From: an uncultured Porphyromonadaceae bacterium | Lineage (GTDB): Bacteria; Bacteroidota; Bacteroidia; Bacteroidales; Muribaculaceae | Direction: 5' to 3' | Assembly (NCBI GenBank): GCA_947177615.1 | Contig: CAMWUY010000001.1 | Location: 12,828 to 76,827 of the forward strand | Length of the DNA: 64,000 bases | In this document: positions 45,458 to 57,200 of the stretch, piece by piece | How positions within the stretch are numbered: the stretch's first letter is position 1 | Layout of the letters: each line of letters begins with the position of its first letter | Translations under genes and position numbers: made by a program | The notes under the pieces: generated by a model | The model's input: the letters and a program-made list of their open reading frames with translations, nothing else | Database searches by the model: none | What the model was told of the DNA's origin: nothing

Positions 45458-46840
45458 CTATTGATTTATTTGAGTTGCGTAAATATGCTGAGTGATTTCA
45501 TCCAGTGTCATATCACTGATGTTGGTGCTGTTTGAGACGATACCAAGGAGTCGGCCGGTATGAATATCTTGTACCAGTCCAAGCATATTCTTGATATTCG
45601 CACTTGTTTGAGGGACTATATACAATCCCTTGCCTGCACGGAACTGGTCTTGTCGGATCATATATTTTACTACTGACCGACGTTTAAGGATAAAGCACTT
45701 ATGACACGTCTCAGTGAGCCAATACGGTTGCTCAACCAGCGCCGTATATAATCGTGTCTCGTCATTGTCATTGATGATGAAAATCGGAGCGTCTTTTACA
45801 TTATCCTCTGTTTCGTCATCAAACATTACTATCGTGTTAGCTTCTAAAGTTGCTGATACGATATAGTATTGATTGCTGGAAATTATCTCACCGACACCAT
45901 TGAATTGTCCGGCCTCAACATTATTGGCTATTCGGGAAGCGGTGGTTGTGTAATCAGTAAACAGAAGAATATTGAGCACATAAGGATATCCATTAAGCAG
46001 CTCCATGAAGTCGGTATCAGACAATTCATTCAAGACTACATTCCGGCGCACATATTCATCAGTAAACAGACTGAAGAACGAGAGATTAAGATCATCAATA
46101 TCATCCAGTCCAGTATCAGATTCTTCTTTTTCAGGACTGAAGAGGACATCGAGCTTACACGTCTCATTATCAAATTCTGCATCCTGAATAGGCTTCTTAT
46201 CACCATTAAACTGAGCCTCCAACACTTTTTGTAAATCAGAATGAGCCACAACACAATTCAGGTATTTGGTAATGCCTACACCTGTGGTCGGGTATCTGTA
46301 ACTCTTCCCCGGAGCACACAATGTCAAAAGCTGAGAGGCTTGATCATCACTGTAATTTATGCTGATGTCAGTGCTTTTTGCAGAATAAATATATGCCTTA
46401 TCCAGCACTTCCGATTTGCTGTTTTGCACCATTCTGACAATAAATTCTCCATCAATATCAATGAATGGGAGCATACAAGCTGAGATGGGTGCTGCAATGT
46501 TTTTACTCAGCACATAACTATTGACAGGCAAACCGAAATCGCCTCGGATTCTGCTGAAAACATAATATTTGCCGTTTCGCAATCCCACAAGTCTTATTCT
46601 GAAATTGCTGGTGTTTGGGATATATGCTGATTTGAAACGACAAGTCATTTCGCCATCCTCATAACCTACTATACTCCAATAGGCTTCAGGAATAATTATG
46701 TTGCAAATGAGAATATCGAGTTCTTTATCCTCATCAAATATGTTACCCCAAAGTGAGTCAAATATCGGCACAGAAGCACTGGACTTGTCCTCGGTCAACA
46801 AGTCGCGCTCCTTCATATCTATGATTAAGTCTCTTACCAT
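45458..46840 (-). CDS. baseplate-region structural protein (contains gp25-like YPTTGVGI segment)
   Basis: L....PG..YRYP..GVGI motif; position in the tail module. Confidence 0.5.
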   Translation of the reverse strand: MVRDLIIDMKERDLLTEDKSSASVPIFDSLWGNIFDEDKELDILICNIIIPEAYWSIVGYEDGEMTCRFKSAYIPNTSNFRIRLVGLRNGKYYVFSRIRGDFGLPVNSYVLSKNIAAPISACMLPFIDIDGEFIVRMVQNSKSEVLDKAYIYSAKSTDISINYSDDQASQLLTLCAPGKSYRYPTTGVGITKYLNCVVAHSDLQKVLEAQFNGDKKPIQDAEFDNETCKLDVLFSPEKEESDTGLDDIDDLNLSFFSLFTDEYVRRNVVLNELSDTDFMELLNGYPYVLNILLFTDYTTTASRIANNVEAGQFNGVGEIISSNQYYIVSATLEANTIVMFDDETEDNVKDAPIFIINDNDETRLYTALVEQPYWLTETCHKCFILKRRSVVKYMIRQDQFRAGKGLYIVPQTSANIKNMLGLVQDIHTGRLLGIVSNSTNISDMTLDEITQHIYATQINQ

Positions 46841-46883
46841 CTTTCTTGACTGCTTTTTATCTATAATAGTCAAGTTGGATGGG

Positions 46884-47459
46884 TCAAGTGATGGTTATTT
46901 TGGTTATTGTTGCTGTGCCGGTGGATGATACTGCTGGGTGGGTGGCTGCACCAGGGGTTACATTTATTGCAAGACCATTTATCCAATCCATTATACCTCC
47001 ACAAACCACCTCCCAGACTTTTTGCTGTGGATCTTCATCGCTGACATCGTGTGTGGCTTTCAAATTCGCCTGAGACGTGATAATTCCAGGATTTAGAAAA
47101 GGCTTTTGAGGAAAGACCAATCCTCCATTACCCATTGCTGCCAACTGGAAGCCGGCAATGATATTGGTTTCAATCTGCCTAATCCAACTATCAAAGCTAT
47201 TAGATGGACCAGTGGGGGCACAACTACCCATTATTTTGAAAGAATCAGTAACAAGTGGGTCTGGAGTTGGTGGGACGCCGGGGATCATACCTACATAAGA
47301 TACCATTACTGTTGTGTTCGCTATCAGATATTCGGTAATGCCAGCTGCTACTGCGCTCATTGCAGCAGAGGCACTTCCAGCAGAATAATCCTTACCGGAA
47401 GTGCCTATTGAACTTTTGAGTTTTGATATGATGGCTTGTGCAAATGCTGATTTACTCAT
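46884..47459 (-). CDS. hypothetical tail protein
   Basis: Internal duplication; follows the spike gene. Confidence 0.55.
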   Translation of the reverse strand: MSKSAFAQAIISKLKSSIGTSGKDYSAGSASAAMSAVAAGITEYLIANTTVMVSYVGMIPGVPPTPDPLVTDSFKIMGSCAPTGPSNSFDSWIRQIETNIIAGFQLAAMGNGGLVFPQKPFLNPGIITSQANLKATHDVSDEDPQQKVWEVVCGGIMDWINGLAINVTPGAATHPAVSSTGTATITKITIT

Positions 47460-47461
47460 AA

Positions 47462-48394
47462 TTATGTTCCACTGACAGATGATCCACAATGAGGGGCGCC
47501 ACTGAAGGGGCATACTTTAATAGCGTTGAATGGCCCATTCAAGTCAGTGGCAGCAACGCCTTTGGTTTTAAGAGTTCCACCAGTAATGGTTACTGAAGTT
47601 CCATCAACTTTAACATCAGAGCCTTTAATCTCACAACTACTTGTTTCGATTTTGGCTTTATCTGTTTTGATATTTACGGAGCCATCCTCTTCAGTAATGG
47701 TTGTACCTCCGACCTTAAATGAAACCTTACCACTTGTCTCAATTATTACGTTCTCACCATCAATAGTGATTGTTGTATCGCCCACAGTAATGATTTTGTG
47801 TTCTACGGTTTTTTCTTCCTTGAACCCTTCCTCATCATCCGGAGAAATTACTTGGTCGGTAATGGTGGTAGCGGTATATTTGGTGCTGGTTTTGTTTTTG
47901 GTAGGCTCCAGTTCATAGTAATCTTTATCTAAGCCATCATCTGTTTCAACCAGTTTTTCAGTTTCAGTTACACCTATTTCAATTTTGCCATCATCTTCTC
48001 CCTCTATTGAATGGGCTAATAATTGAATATGTTTGGCATGACTATACATCTGCACATATTCACGCCCGTCTGTTGGGTTCTGGACTATGACGACTTCTGA
48101 ATAAAGCATAGGCACAATTAATATGCCTTCAGAATTATCTTGAATGGCAGACAGCAATACACCCTCGTGATGACCAGTTCCCATAATGGGATATTCATCA
48201 GGCTCATAATTAAATTCCTGAACGTCTATGGTGCCGGCCAAATCTCCATCTTCATGGATGGCGCATACATATCCTAAGATTTTCTTGGTGCCACGCACAG
48301 CCCCATCTGGCCCGGTCATGCCTTGACGAGCCATCTGACCGATTGACCGGCGCACATCTCCTGAATATTTGTTGATTTCTCCTTTAAGTGACAT
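47462..48394 (-). CDS. baseplate spike (gpV/gp5-like)
   Basis: OB-like N-terminus, beta-helix repeats, C-terminal CPFSGAPH metal tip. Confidence 0.7.
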   Translation of the reverse strand: MSLKGEINKYSGDVRRSIGQMARQGMTGPDGAVRGTKKILGYVCAIHEDGDLAGTIDVQEFNYEPDEYPIMGTGHHEGVLLSAIQDNSEGILIVPMLYSEVVIVQNPTDGREYVQMYSHAKHIQLLAHSIEGEDDGKIEIGVTETEKLVETDDGLDKDYYELEPTKNKTSTKYTATTITDQVISPDDEEGFKEEKTVEHKIITVGDTTITIDGENVIIETSGKVSFKVGGTTITEEDGSVNIKTDKAKIETSSCEIKGSDVKVDGTSVTITGGTLKTKGVAATDLNGPFNAIKVCPFSGAPHCGSSVSGT

Positions 48395-48399
48395 GACGA

Positions 48400-50043
48400 T
48401 TAAATGATTTGAACGGGTTTTGAAAAGGTTGCGATTTTATATGGGATATGAAGTTCACGCCGATATCCATTCATTCCGAAAGTGGTATTAACTGCTTCAA
48501 CATAGTAATATCCATTCTTTTCTGGCTGTCGGACATCTATCAATCCTACAATATCAGTGGGCCGGATAAGAAGATCACCAAATATTTCGATTGAGCCAGA
48601 TATACCATTGGGATTATAGTTGGCCCAATACTGCTTTGCTTCCTCAATCAATTCTTCTTCAGTAATCCCCACCTTAGTCGAGATATACTGAATGACATTA
48701 TATTTATCAAGTTTCGCCGGATCTGTCAGGTGTCCTTCAATACGTTTGGTACTGAAAGTGCCATTAACAAATTTCATCTTCTTTCGGTCTTTCACTTTGC
48801 GACGATTCACAACCTGAAATTGGTTGTCACTATCAATTACCCACCCTTCATCATCAGGATTGGGATTTTTACGAAGAGTTAGCTTAAAAAATTGATTGTC
48901 CTTGGTACGTCCTTGGGCCTCAACTGCAAGATATTTCTTATCATTACGTTTGAGATTCAGTTTATCCTGGGCCACATCCCAGTCAAATTGAATAAGTTTG
49001 ACTGAGTTATTTCCACCATTATAGGTAATGTACTTTTTATCATTATTCGGCAGACCTCCACTTTTCCCAGCATAATAAGTTAACCCTACACGCAACTGAA
49101 CAGAGCCATCAGATTTGGTTTCCATAATGCAGAGAACGCCACTTTTACTCCATTCAGTGAGCACGTCCGCTATTGTAAGATTATTACTGATTGAACCACC
49201 ACTAACCGATATGGTGGAGCCTTTGCTGGCCGGAGCAAGGGGTATGCCAGTATCTTTCAAAAGGTGATAAGTGCCGTCATCGTCAAGAAAATCCTTAACC
49301 ATTAATGTGGCTTTGGCAGAAATATTGGGAGTGCTGACAGATGCAAGGATGTGGGCCATATTGGTACATTCCAATTCCAATGGGGTATCTACTGAGATGG
49401 CAGTGATAAAGCCTGTAAAGACTACATCCATATTTGGGTCACTGTCGGCGGTATTCATTTTCTTAAACTCCGATTCAGAATAAGCATACCCTAAACGTAT
49501 TTCAATGCGATTGCCAACCGCAACATCATTAGGACTTAATAATGCCGGTTCGGTCTTAGTTCGATTGAAGTCGATCAATCCCTTATCATCATAATTGGCT
49601 GCCATAGATGTGGTGGAGATCCCATCTTCACTAAATAAGGCAGTTGGAGAAGTTGTGACATCACCATCGTTATTAGCTGTGATAAGAGTATTTTCTTTAT
49701 CAGTAGAATCCGCTTTATCGCCACTTGTAACGTCCTTTTCTTTCCGGCTGGAAAGATTGATGACGGTACCACGAGGGAATCTTATCACAGCCTTATTGAT
49801 AAGATTTTTTGCAGAGTCAGATACCTCAATACTCTCACATTCTCGGATTGTAAGACATTGATTAGCAGAAGGTATAGAAAACCAATCATTACCATTGGCT
49901 TTCCATATCTTTATCTGACATACAAGTATGGCAAGTTTGTCCTCATACGCCTTATGCTGATAATATTTGGGCGTGAGGGTGTACTCGACCTGCTGAACCA
50001 GATCTGGGCGTTGAGTTCGGAGTGCTGTTAAATCTGAAGCCAT
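48400..50043 (-). CDS. baseplate hub / late control D-like protein
   Basis: GNRIEIRLGY, F.GFI, G.YYV.AV.T.FG..GYR..L. Confidence 0.7.
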   Translation of the reverse strand: MASDLTALRTQRPDLVQQVEYTLTPKYYQHKAYEDKLAILVCQIKIWKANGNDWFSIPSANQCLTIRECESIEVSDSAKNLINKAVIRFPRGTVINLSSRKEKDVTSGDKADSTDKENTLITANNDGDVTTSPTALFSEDGISTTSMAANYDDKGLIDFNRTKTEPALLSPNDVAVGNRIEIRLGYAYSESEFKKMNTADSDPNMDVVFTGFITAISVDTPLELECTNMAHILASVSTPNISAKATLMVKDFLDDDGTYHLLKDTGIPLAPASKGSTISVSGGSISNNLTIADVLTEWSKSGVLCIMETKSDGSVQLRVGLTYYAGKSGGLPNNDKKYITYNGGNNSVKLIQFDWDVAQDKLNLKRNDKKYLAVEAQGRTKDNQFFKLTLRKNPNPDDEGWVIDSDNQFQVVNRRKVKDRKKMKFVNGTFSTKRIEGHLTDPAKLDKYNVIQYISTKVGITEEELIEEAKQYWANYNPNGISGSIEIFGDLLIRPTDIVGLIDVRQPEKNGYYYVEAVNTTFGMNGYRRELHIPYKIATFSKPVQII

Positions 50044-50046
50044 AAA

Positions 50047-51126
50047 TTATAAAGTATCTTCCAACAGACCGGCGGCGAGGCCCATTCCTTGTTTGAATAC
50101 ATCAGAGGCCATAGACTTCAGTCCTTCAAGCTGGTTGTTCAACATCTTCATCCACTCACTTCCGTCATCATCATTAGCGGAGACGTTCTTCTGAGGAATG
50201 ATCGAGATAGTATCTTCAGAAATTTCAATCTCGTTTTCAGGCTGGAGACCGATAGCTGAGAATGTGTATTGCTGGAGAGCCTTATATCCTTGACGTGGAG
50301 AAACATTAAAATTCTCAATGACAATATGGGTAATGCCAAGCTGGTCAAGAACCATATTATTGATTTTGACAATACCTTTGTATTGCATTATTTTATAGAA
50401 TTTCTGCATCTCTTCTGCCGGATATATGTCAGGCTTGCCACTGGTGATTTGACCTGAAACAGTGAACTTTATATCGCCATTGGATACAAGTTCTTTCCGA
50501 CTGTAATCTCGGCCAGTTACGCGAGTGGCAATAAGATTTTTATCAGAATTGATTGTTATCAGAGCAGTGGTATCAAACCAAACCAAAGTCTTTGTTGTGA
50601 CCATATTGGTCTTTGACTCCGGGGCCTGTTCTTTATAGATACCTTTTTTTGCATCAACCACTTTTGTCCGATATACTGGGAACTTTTGAGTGACAGTGAT
50701 ACTTTGGTCAAGCTCAATCCCTAACATCAGTGCCTCTGGAGCTATGCCACCCCAGTCATCTAAAGCGTATATCGTTCCACCATCCACCTGCATCATGCCG
50801 TACTCCTTAGCTTCAACTTCTTGTTTCTTTAGCTCGGATTCTACCCATGCGGCACCAACAGTATCTTTGGTTCTCTTACCATTCAGGAGTGAATTAAAGG
50901 CATTGACTGCCTCGTTTTTTAATTCAGACACAGCTCCTCGGACAACGCCTTTGACTGCCACTTGAAGTAGAGAGCCACCAGCGCCGTCTTTATAGTAAAA
51001 TTTGCAGTTACTATCTCTACCACCATTGGCAATCATACTCTGCAAAGTATTGAACAAGGCTCCCATAGTAGAAGCCATTGCACTGCCAGTGGTTGTTATT
51101 GCGAGGTTATTTAGACTTGTACTCAT
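50047..51126 (-). CDS. tail tube initiator-like protein (DUF6046-like)
   Basis: KN...T.V.GRD..RKE.VS.GD....V.G; directly after the tape measure gene. Confidence 0.6.
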   Translation of the reverse strand: MSTSLNNLAITTTGSAMASTMGALFNTLQSMIANGGRDSNCKFYYKDGAGGSLLQVAVKGVVRGAVSELKNEAVNAFNSLLNGKRTKDTVGAAWVESELKKQEVEAKEYGMMQVDGGTIYALDDWGGIAPEALMLGIELDQSITVTQKFPVYRTKVVDAKKGIYKEQAPESKTNMVTTKTLVWFDTTALITINSDKNLIATRVTGRDYSRKELVSNGDIKFTVSGQITSGKPDIYPAEEMQKFYKIMQYKGIVKINNMVLDQLGITHIVIENFNVSPRQGYKALQQYTFSAIGLQPENEIEISEDTISIIPQKNVSANDDDGSEWMKMLNNQLEGLKSMASDVFKQGMGLAAGLLEDTL

Positions 51127-51204
51127 ACTCTATAATAGTGTTTTGAGAAGAAAATGAAAATGCCGCCTTTCCCGACACGATTTCGGTACTTGGCGGCATA
51201 ATAA

Positions 51205-54200
51205 TTATGTAAGATCCATTACTCGCTGGGCCTGGTTGGAGGCTTCTGCAAACATTTGATATACTGCTCCGGCGATTCTATCTTCCATTGCAGCCATCAA
51301 ATCACGCTCTTCCGCACTGGAAGCCACTGTTGTTCTATCGAAGCTCGCCAGATTGTTGATATTAAACACAACCTGAGTTGGCCTTGCAGCAGCCCGATCA
51401 TAATGAGAGGCGTATGCTTGCTGGTCTTGGGCTGGAGCCGGAGTTGGTTTTGGGGCCGGAGTATTCTGAGTGCCAGAATTATTATTCCCAAACTGTTTTG
51501 CCTTCTCCGTCAAGTGCTTGTTCTGTTCAATGATGGTGTTGGCAGTTTTACGAGAGATGTTGCTATACATCTGCTGTTGCTCTCCGGAACGTGTCACAAC
51601 ACGATTACCAAGATTAAGAGTATTGCCGGATCTACCCATCACAAAGTCCACATATTGTTTTTCAGTGATACCAGCCTTTACCCATTCTGAGTTGGGATTG
51701 TTAGCAATCCATTGAGCATAATACTGTCTTGGAGTCTCGTCACCATATTTTGCACCAGTAAGCTGATGACGTATCTGGCCCTGAAGACTATTGACATCCT
51801 TAATATCAATTATTCCGGCTTCGGCCATCATCTTATATGCAGTACCGATAATATCTGTGAATCCTTGAAGGGTCAGGTTAAAGTTCGTAACTTTGGCTCG
51901 GATCTGGTCTAAGATATTCGTGAAGTTCAACTGCCCATTCGGAAGAGTCGAAAGCATAAGCTCGATATTAGCCTGCTGCTGACCATCGGCAGATACAGCG
52001 TTGTAGATAACGTGATAATCACCGATGATATTGGATATCGCATTATACCACTCATCAGTATATAATTGAGCACGATTTTTTGCATCTGACAACCACTGAT
52101 AAGCGTTCATCTTGCCAACCAGAGTGCCCATTTGCCCATTAATGGTTGCATCCAGAAGGTTTTGGGCGCCTAATTGATACTGGTCATAAACACTACGGTT
52201 GCTGGTCTGCTGGAATTGTTCTGGTGTCATTCCGGCAGAAGGCAATTTAGCAGTGAACTGAGACATGAATCGGTCTCTTATGGCAAAGGCGGCCTGCTGA
52301 TATTCACTCTCAGATTTATATGTAGTTTCTCCAGCAAGATACTTTTGACGGAGTTCTGCAATCTCTCGTATGGCTTGCTGAGTCCGAAGATCATTGGCAC
52401 CTTCAATCATAAGTGCGTCCTGGACCATACCATTGCGTTGGTTTATGGCAGTGTCCTCATCGGCGTGCCACATATTCCATAATGCTATACCAAGGTTGCT
52501 TGCATCATTATGAAGGTTGTACTCCATTTGCTTATGCTTCCTGGAGAAGTCATAATTTCGTGCGTTACCGATAGCGAGAGAATAAGCTGGATTAGCAGTT
52601 ATAACATTCTTCCATTTAGTCGTAACATCATTGATCGATTGCTTACTTGCATCTTTCGAGAAATCATTAAAGATTGTCGCATAAAGTTGATTGAACTTCT
52701 GCTTATCCGCATTATATTTCTCGATTTGAGTAGTGTCAATACTGGATATTACCGGAGCAGCTTCAGGAATATTCTCATTCATCATATTCTGATACCACTG
52801 ACCCTCCTTGGTAAGCTCACGATGGGTTTGATCGGCGGCTTTGTTGGCTTGCACTCTTGCGCGTTGCTGGGCTTCAGAGGTTCCATCTATGCGCTGTTTG
52901 AGTTTATAGAGGCCATATCCAAGTCCGGCTACAGCACCAACAGCCAATGTTACGGGATTTACCAAGAATCCGGCGGCCTTAGCCAATCCAGTAAGCAATC
53001 CCATAAGCATACTCTTCAGTCCACCAAACATCGGAGCAAATGAAGCCATAGTCGGCACAGCGGTTGCAGCAGCTCGGAAAGCGCGTCCAGCTCTGGCCGG
53101 ACCATACATCCTCACAGCACGTTCACGCACTGCTGCATAGTGTTGACGTGTCTCTTTATTGAGAGCGGCCAGAGTTGTTTGCTTGTTAGCACCACTTAGA
53201 GCCAACTCTCCGGCCAATATAGCGTTTGCTGCCAAAGCATTGTGTGCTCTGGTAGCGATATTGCCTCGGATAACTTTGTTTGTACCCCACTTCCCAGGCC
53301 CGACTATGAATGGAGCATTGGTAATGGCTGCATTTGCTGCACTTCCGGCAACAACCCGGCCGGCCACATTGCGTGTCATTGTTGCACCACCGACAGAAGA
53401 TATGCCAGCCAATGCCATAATAGACCCTTTGAGACGGTCAAATACACCAATCAAAGATATTATTGGAGCAATGAGAGCGCCCATCTGGGTAATCCCCATC
53501 TGGAAAGTAACCCAGAATTTGATCAATCCGGGAGCGGCGTTGTATAGAGAGGCCCATATTTTCACAAACCATGCCATTACCTTGCCGATCTCAATAATCA
53601 TATCGAGAAGGTTCTGCATCATCTGGATTGTTTCAGGCTTGGCAAGATAATCTCTGAGTTTTTTCAGCATTTCCTCAAAGCCACCTTGACGATTTTCAAA
53701 TGCCTGAACAATGCCTTCAGTAAATGTTGAAGTAACCTGGGCCCAAAGACCAGAGATGGTGTTCTGTTTCTCTTCGGCAATGGCTCCTGAGATGTTTCCA
53801 CTGACAGAATTACGGTTTGCCAACATAAGAGATACAAGCGAGCTAAGTCCGGCCTTGCTGCTCATCTTATTTGACATTGCCTCGATACCAGTACCAATCT
53901 CTTGGGCAACACCCTTATCGCCACCGGCAGCAGCAAGCAAGGTAGCGGCAGCACCTGGTTGAGCGGTAATTCGGAATAGATTGCCAACAATCGAAGCCAT
54001 CTGGTTCTCAGGTATGCGCTGGGCCATCTCAATTAAGATGTCAGACATAGAACGATAGCTACCATCTTCTTTGAGAGTTGTAATGCCATAACTTTGCTTC
54101 ATCATATCCAGAACCGCCTTCTGGTTTTTATTTGGCTTAAAGAGGTTCTGATACATCATGCGAAGCGCGGTACCGGCAGATGAAGCCTGAATACCGGCAT

Positions 54201-57200
54201 TACCCATGACACCAAACAATGCCATTGTATCTGCAAAAAGATTGGGATCATTACGTCCATACATATTTGCGACACCACCACCATACTTAGCGGACTCGGC
54301 CAACATCATAAGGTCTGTGTTGGATCGAGTTGCAGTTGTAGCCATTATGTTTGCCGCCTCACGCATACGATCAGGAGCAATCTGGAAGGTGGTCATAATG
54401 TTGGTCATCTTATCAGCAGTCTCGCCCAAGTCAGAGTCTCCAATAAGTGCAAGGTCTGCGATAGGTCGTATAGCAGCATTGATAGCGTCTATATCATATC
54501 CGGCCATAGCAAGGAAGCGAGCAGCACTGGCGACTTCAGGGGCAGAGAATTTTGTCTTGACACCGACATTACGCACAGTGGCTTCCATATTCTTGAACGA
54601 ATTTTGACTATATGAGTCTGTTCCGTTCTGAAGAATTGCCTGAGTAGTGCGCATAGTGTTCTGATACTCCATCGCCTGACTGAAGGAGCTTCCAATAGCC
54701 GACATCGCGCCACCAATCGCAAACATTACACCCATACCCTTGGCCATATCTACAGCCATTGGAGTGCGTACACCAAAAGAGGTCTGGCCCGTAAATGGAT
54801 AAGTCCATCTACGAGAACGATCAAAGAACGGTTTTGGCTGCCCGGTGCGCATAGGCACCATACCAGTTCCACGAGATTGGGTGGGCTGGCCTACGCCATT
54901 GGCCTTAGCAACATCGCCTTCAAGTTTATTAATCTGACTTTGCAAAGTCCAGGGTACAGCAACACTTGCTTTCTGCATCTGAGTTGATACGCCCTGCAAG
55001 TATTTCAACATTTGAGGTGCTTCCATACCCGGAGTCGGCATAATGCCAGTCGTTGCTACGGCCTGACGGAAATACCGACGATGTTTTGTCAGCATATTCA
55101 GTTGCTCTTTGCTTTGAGCAAAAGGCAACATTGCATTTTGAGCCTGAGCTCTCAGTCTTTCGGCTTGTTGCTGATGTCTTGCAATACTCCTTTGAGAGTT
55201 TTCATGTCTTGTTGTGGCATCTGCTTTTTGCTGGACTTTGACTGCGGCTTCAGCACTTTTAAGTTGTTGAGCAGTTAGTTTCTGAATTTGATCTTCTAAT
55301 TGCCAAGGAATAGGCGCATTATTAGCCCTCATCCAATCAGCAACTCCATGATAATATTGAAGTCTTTGAGCAGATGTGGTATTGGCTGACATGGGGTTTA
55401 TTCCTGTCAGAGTAATAGCGTCCTTAAAAAACTTTCTGTTTTTCAGAACTGTATTTAACTGAGATTCATTTGCAACCCAAGGTATAATTGCATTTCTTGC
55501 TTGGGCTCTCAGTTTATTGGCCAGTTGTTGCTTGCGAGCGATACTTTGACTAACAGCGGCTTGATGTGCGGCAGTTTCTTTCTGTTCAAATGGTGTTGGT
55601 TTTGCAAAGGCAACACGAGCGTCCTCTTGCATTTTTGCCAATTCAGATGCTCTTTGTTGTTGCTCACGATATATCCAGTTAGGATCAGGTTTAGAAGCTG
55701 CACCAAACAATTTATTATATAATGCCTGCTGCTGATTATACCATGCTTGATGTTGTGAGGTATATTCCTGACGTTTTGCAGCCCTAAAACGATTATCTGC
55801 AATCTGTTTTCGTGCTCGATCTTCAGACTGTTGTCTCTGTTTGTTGTATCGTTCTTGTGCAGTAAGAGGCTGATGGCCGGTATGCCCACTCTGCTTTTGA
55901 CTTTTTTGAGTGGTTCCACCGGTTGCAGGAGGCACAATAGGAGCAACTGGCGGCACAGTATTTGTGGCCGGTGCTGTTGCATTTTGTTGTGTTCCAGCAG
56001 GCGGCACTCCAGTAGCAGTCAGTTTGATATTTTGGGGGCTGGCAGCTCTTACCTTGGCTACGAACTCTTCCAAAGCGGCCACAGCAGCTGTAGTGTCGAG
56101 TTTTAATGCGACTGAAGGGAGTTTAGTTTGAGCTAAACCCTTAGTCGTATCAACAACAGCAGGTTTCTTTTGGCCGCCCGCAGTTGTCTTTTTACCCTTT
56201 GCTGGAGTAGCAACTGTTGTAGGAGCCTTTTGTGTAGGAGGTACAGTTGTGGCTGGAGCTGCATTTGTAGCGACTCCAGTAGCAGTCAGTTTGATATTTT
56301 GGGGGCTGGCAGCTCTTACCTTGGCTACGAACTCTTCCAGTTTCGCTATTGCCGTAGCTGTTTCAAAATTTAATGTGACCGGAGGGATATTGGCGGTAAT
56401 CTTTTTAAGTTGCTCTTGTCGGCCAACAGCGCCTCTTTCCCACATTAATTTGATCGCAACCGGGATAGTTTGTCTTGGAATATTCTGGATCTGACTAATG
56501 ATACTTTTGGTATCGACAGTAGTCGTAATAGTATTTTTGGCAGCAGCCTTTTTTACTTTGGCCGGTTGAGTGGCGGCTGGAGTAGGAGTGGTTGCTATTG
56601 GAGCAGTGGGAGGTGTAGCCGGAGCGCGTAATGCAGCAAGAGTCTGGTTTGCTTCTGCAAGTTGAGTTTTCTGAGTTGCATTAAGCCTTTTCTTAGCTGC
56701 CAGTTGATTAACGATATTCTGTGCCCCAATACCCTTTACTATTTCCTCATCAGTCAAAGCTCTTTGGGCAGTGCTTTGGAACTGTTTGAACATTAAAGGT
56801 TTGAGCTGTTTTTGAACATCGAGATATTCTTTTCTTATACCTCCATATTCACGCTGAGTCGCCATATAGCGATCAAAAGCTCGATTACTTCCACCACTCT
56901 TATCCAGTTTAGCCTTGGCAGAAGCCATTGCTTTAGCGGCCTTTTCCTGAGCTGTAGATAAAGTTCCGGCTTTGGCTGCTAACGTGTTCAACTGTTTTTC
57001 TTCAGCAGCCGTAAATGTTGGAGGCGTATATACTGGATGAGGTGTTGCTGCCGGAGTTGTTGTCGTGGTAGTTTTTGGAGTGGTCTTTGTAATCGGTTTT
57101 GTCTGACCAGAAAGGGCCTGAAGCTGCTGCTGTATGCCATCAGGTATCAGATGAATCTTGACATCCAGAATTGGAGTGGGTGTAATTGTCTTTAAGGATG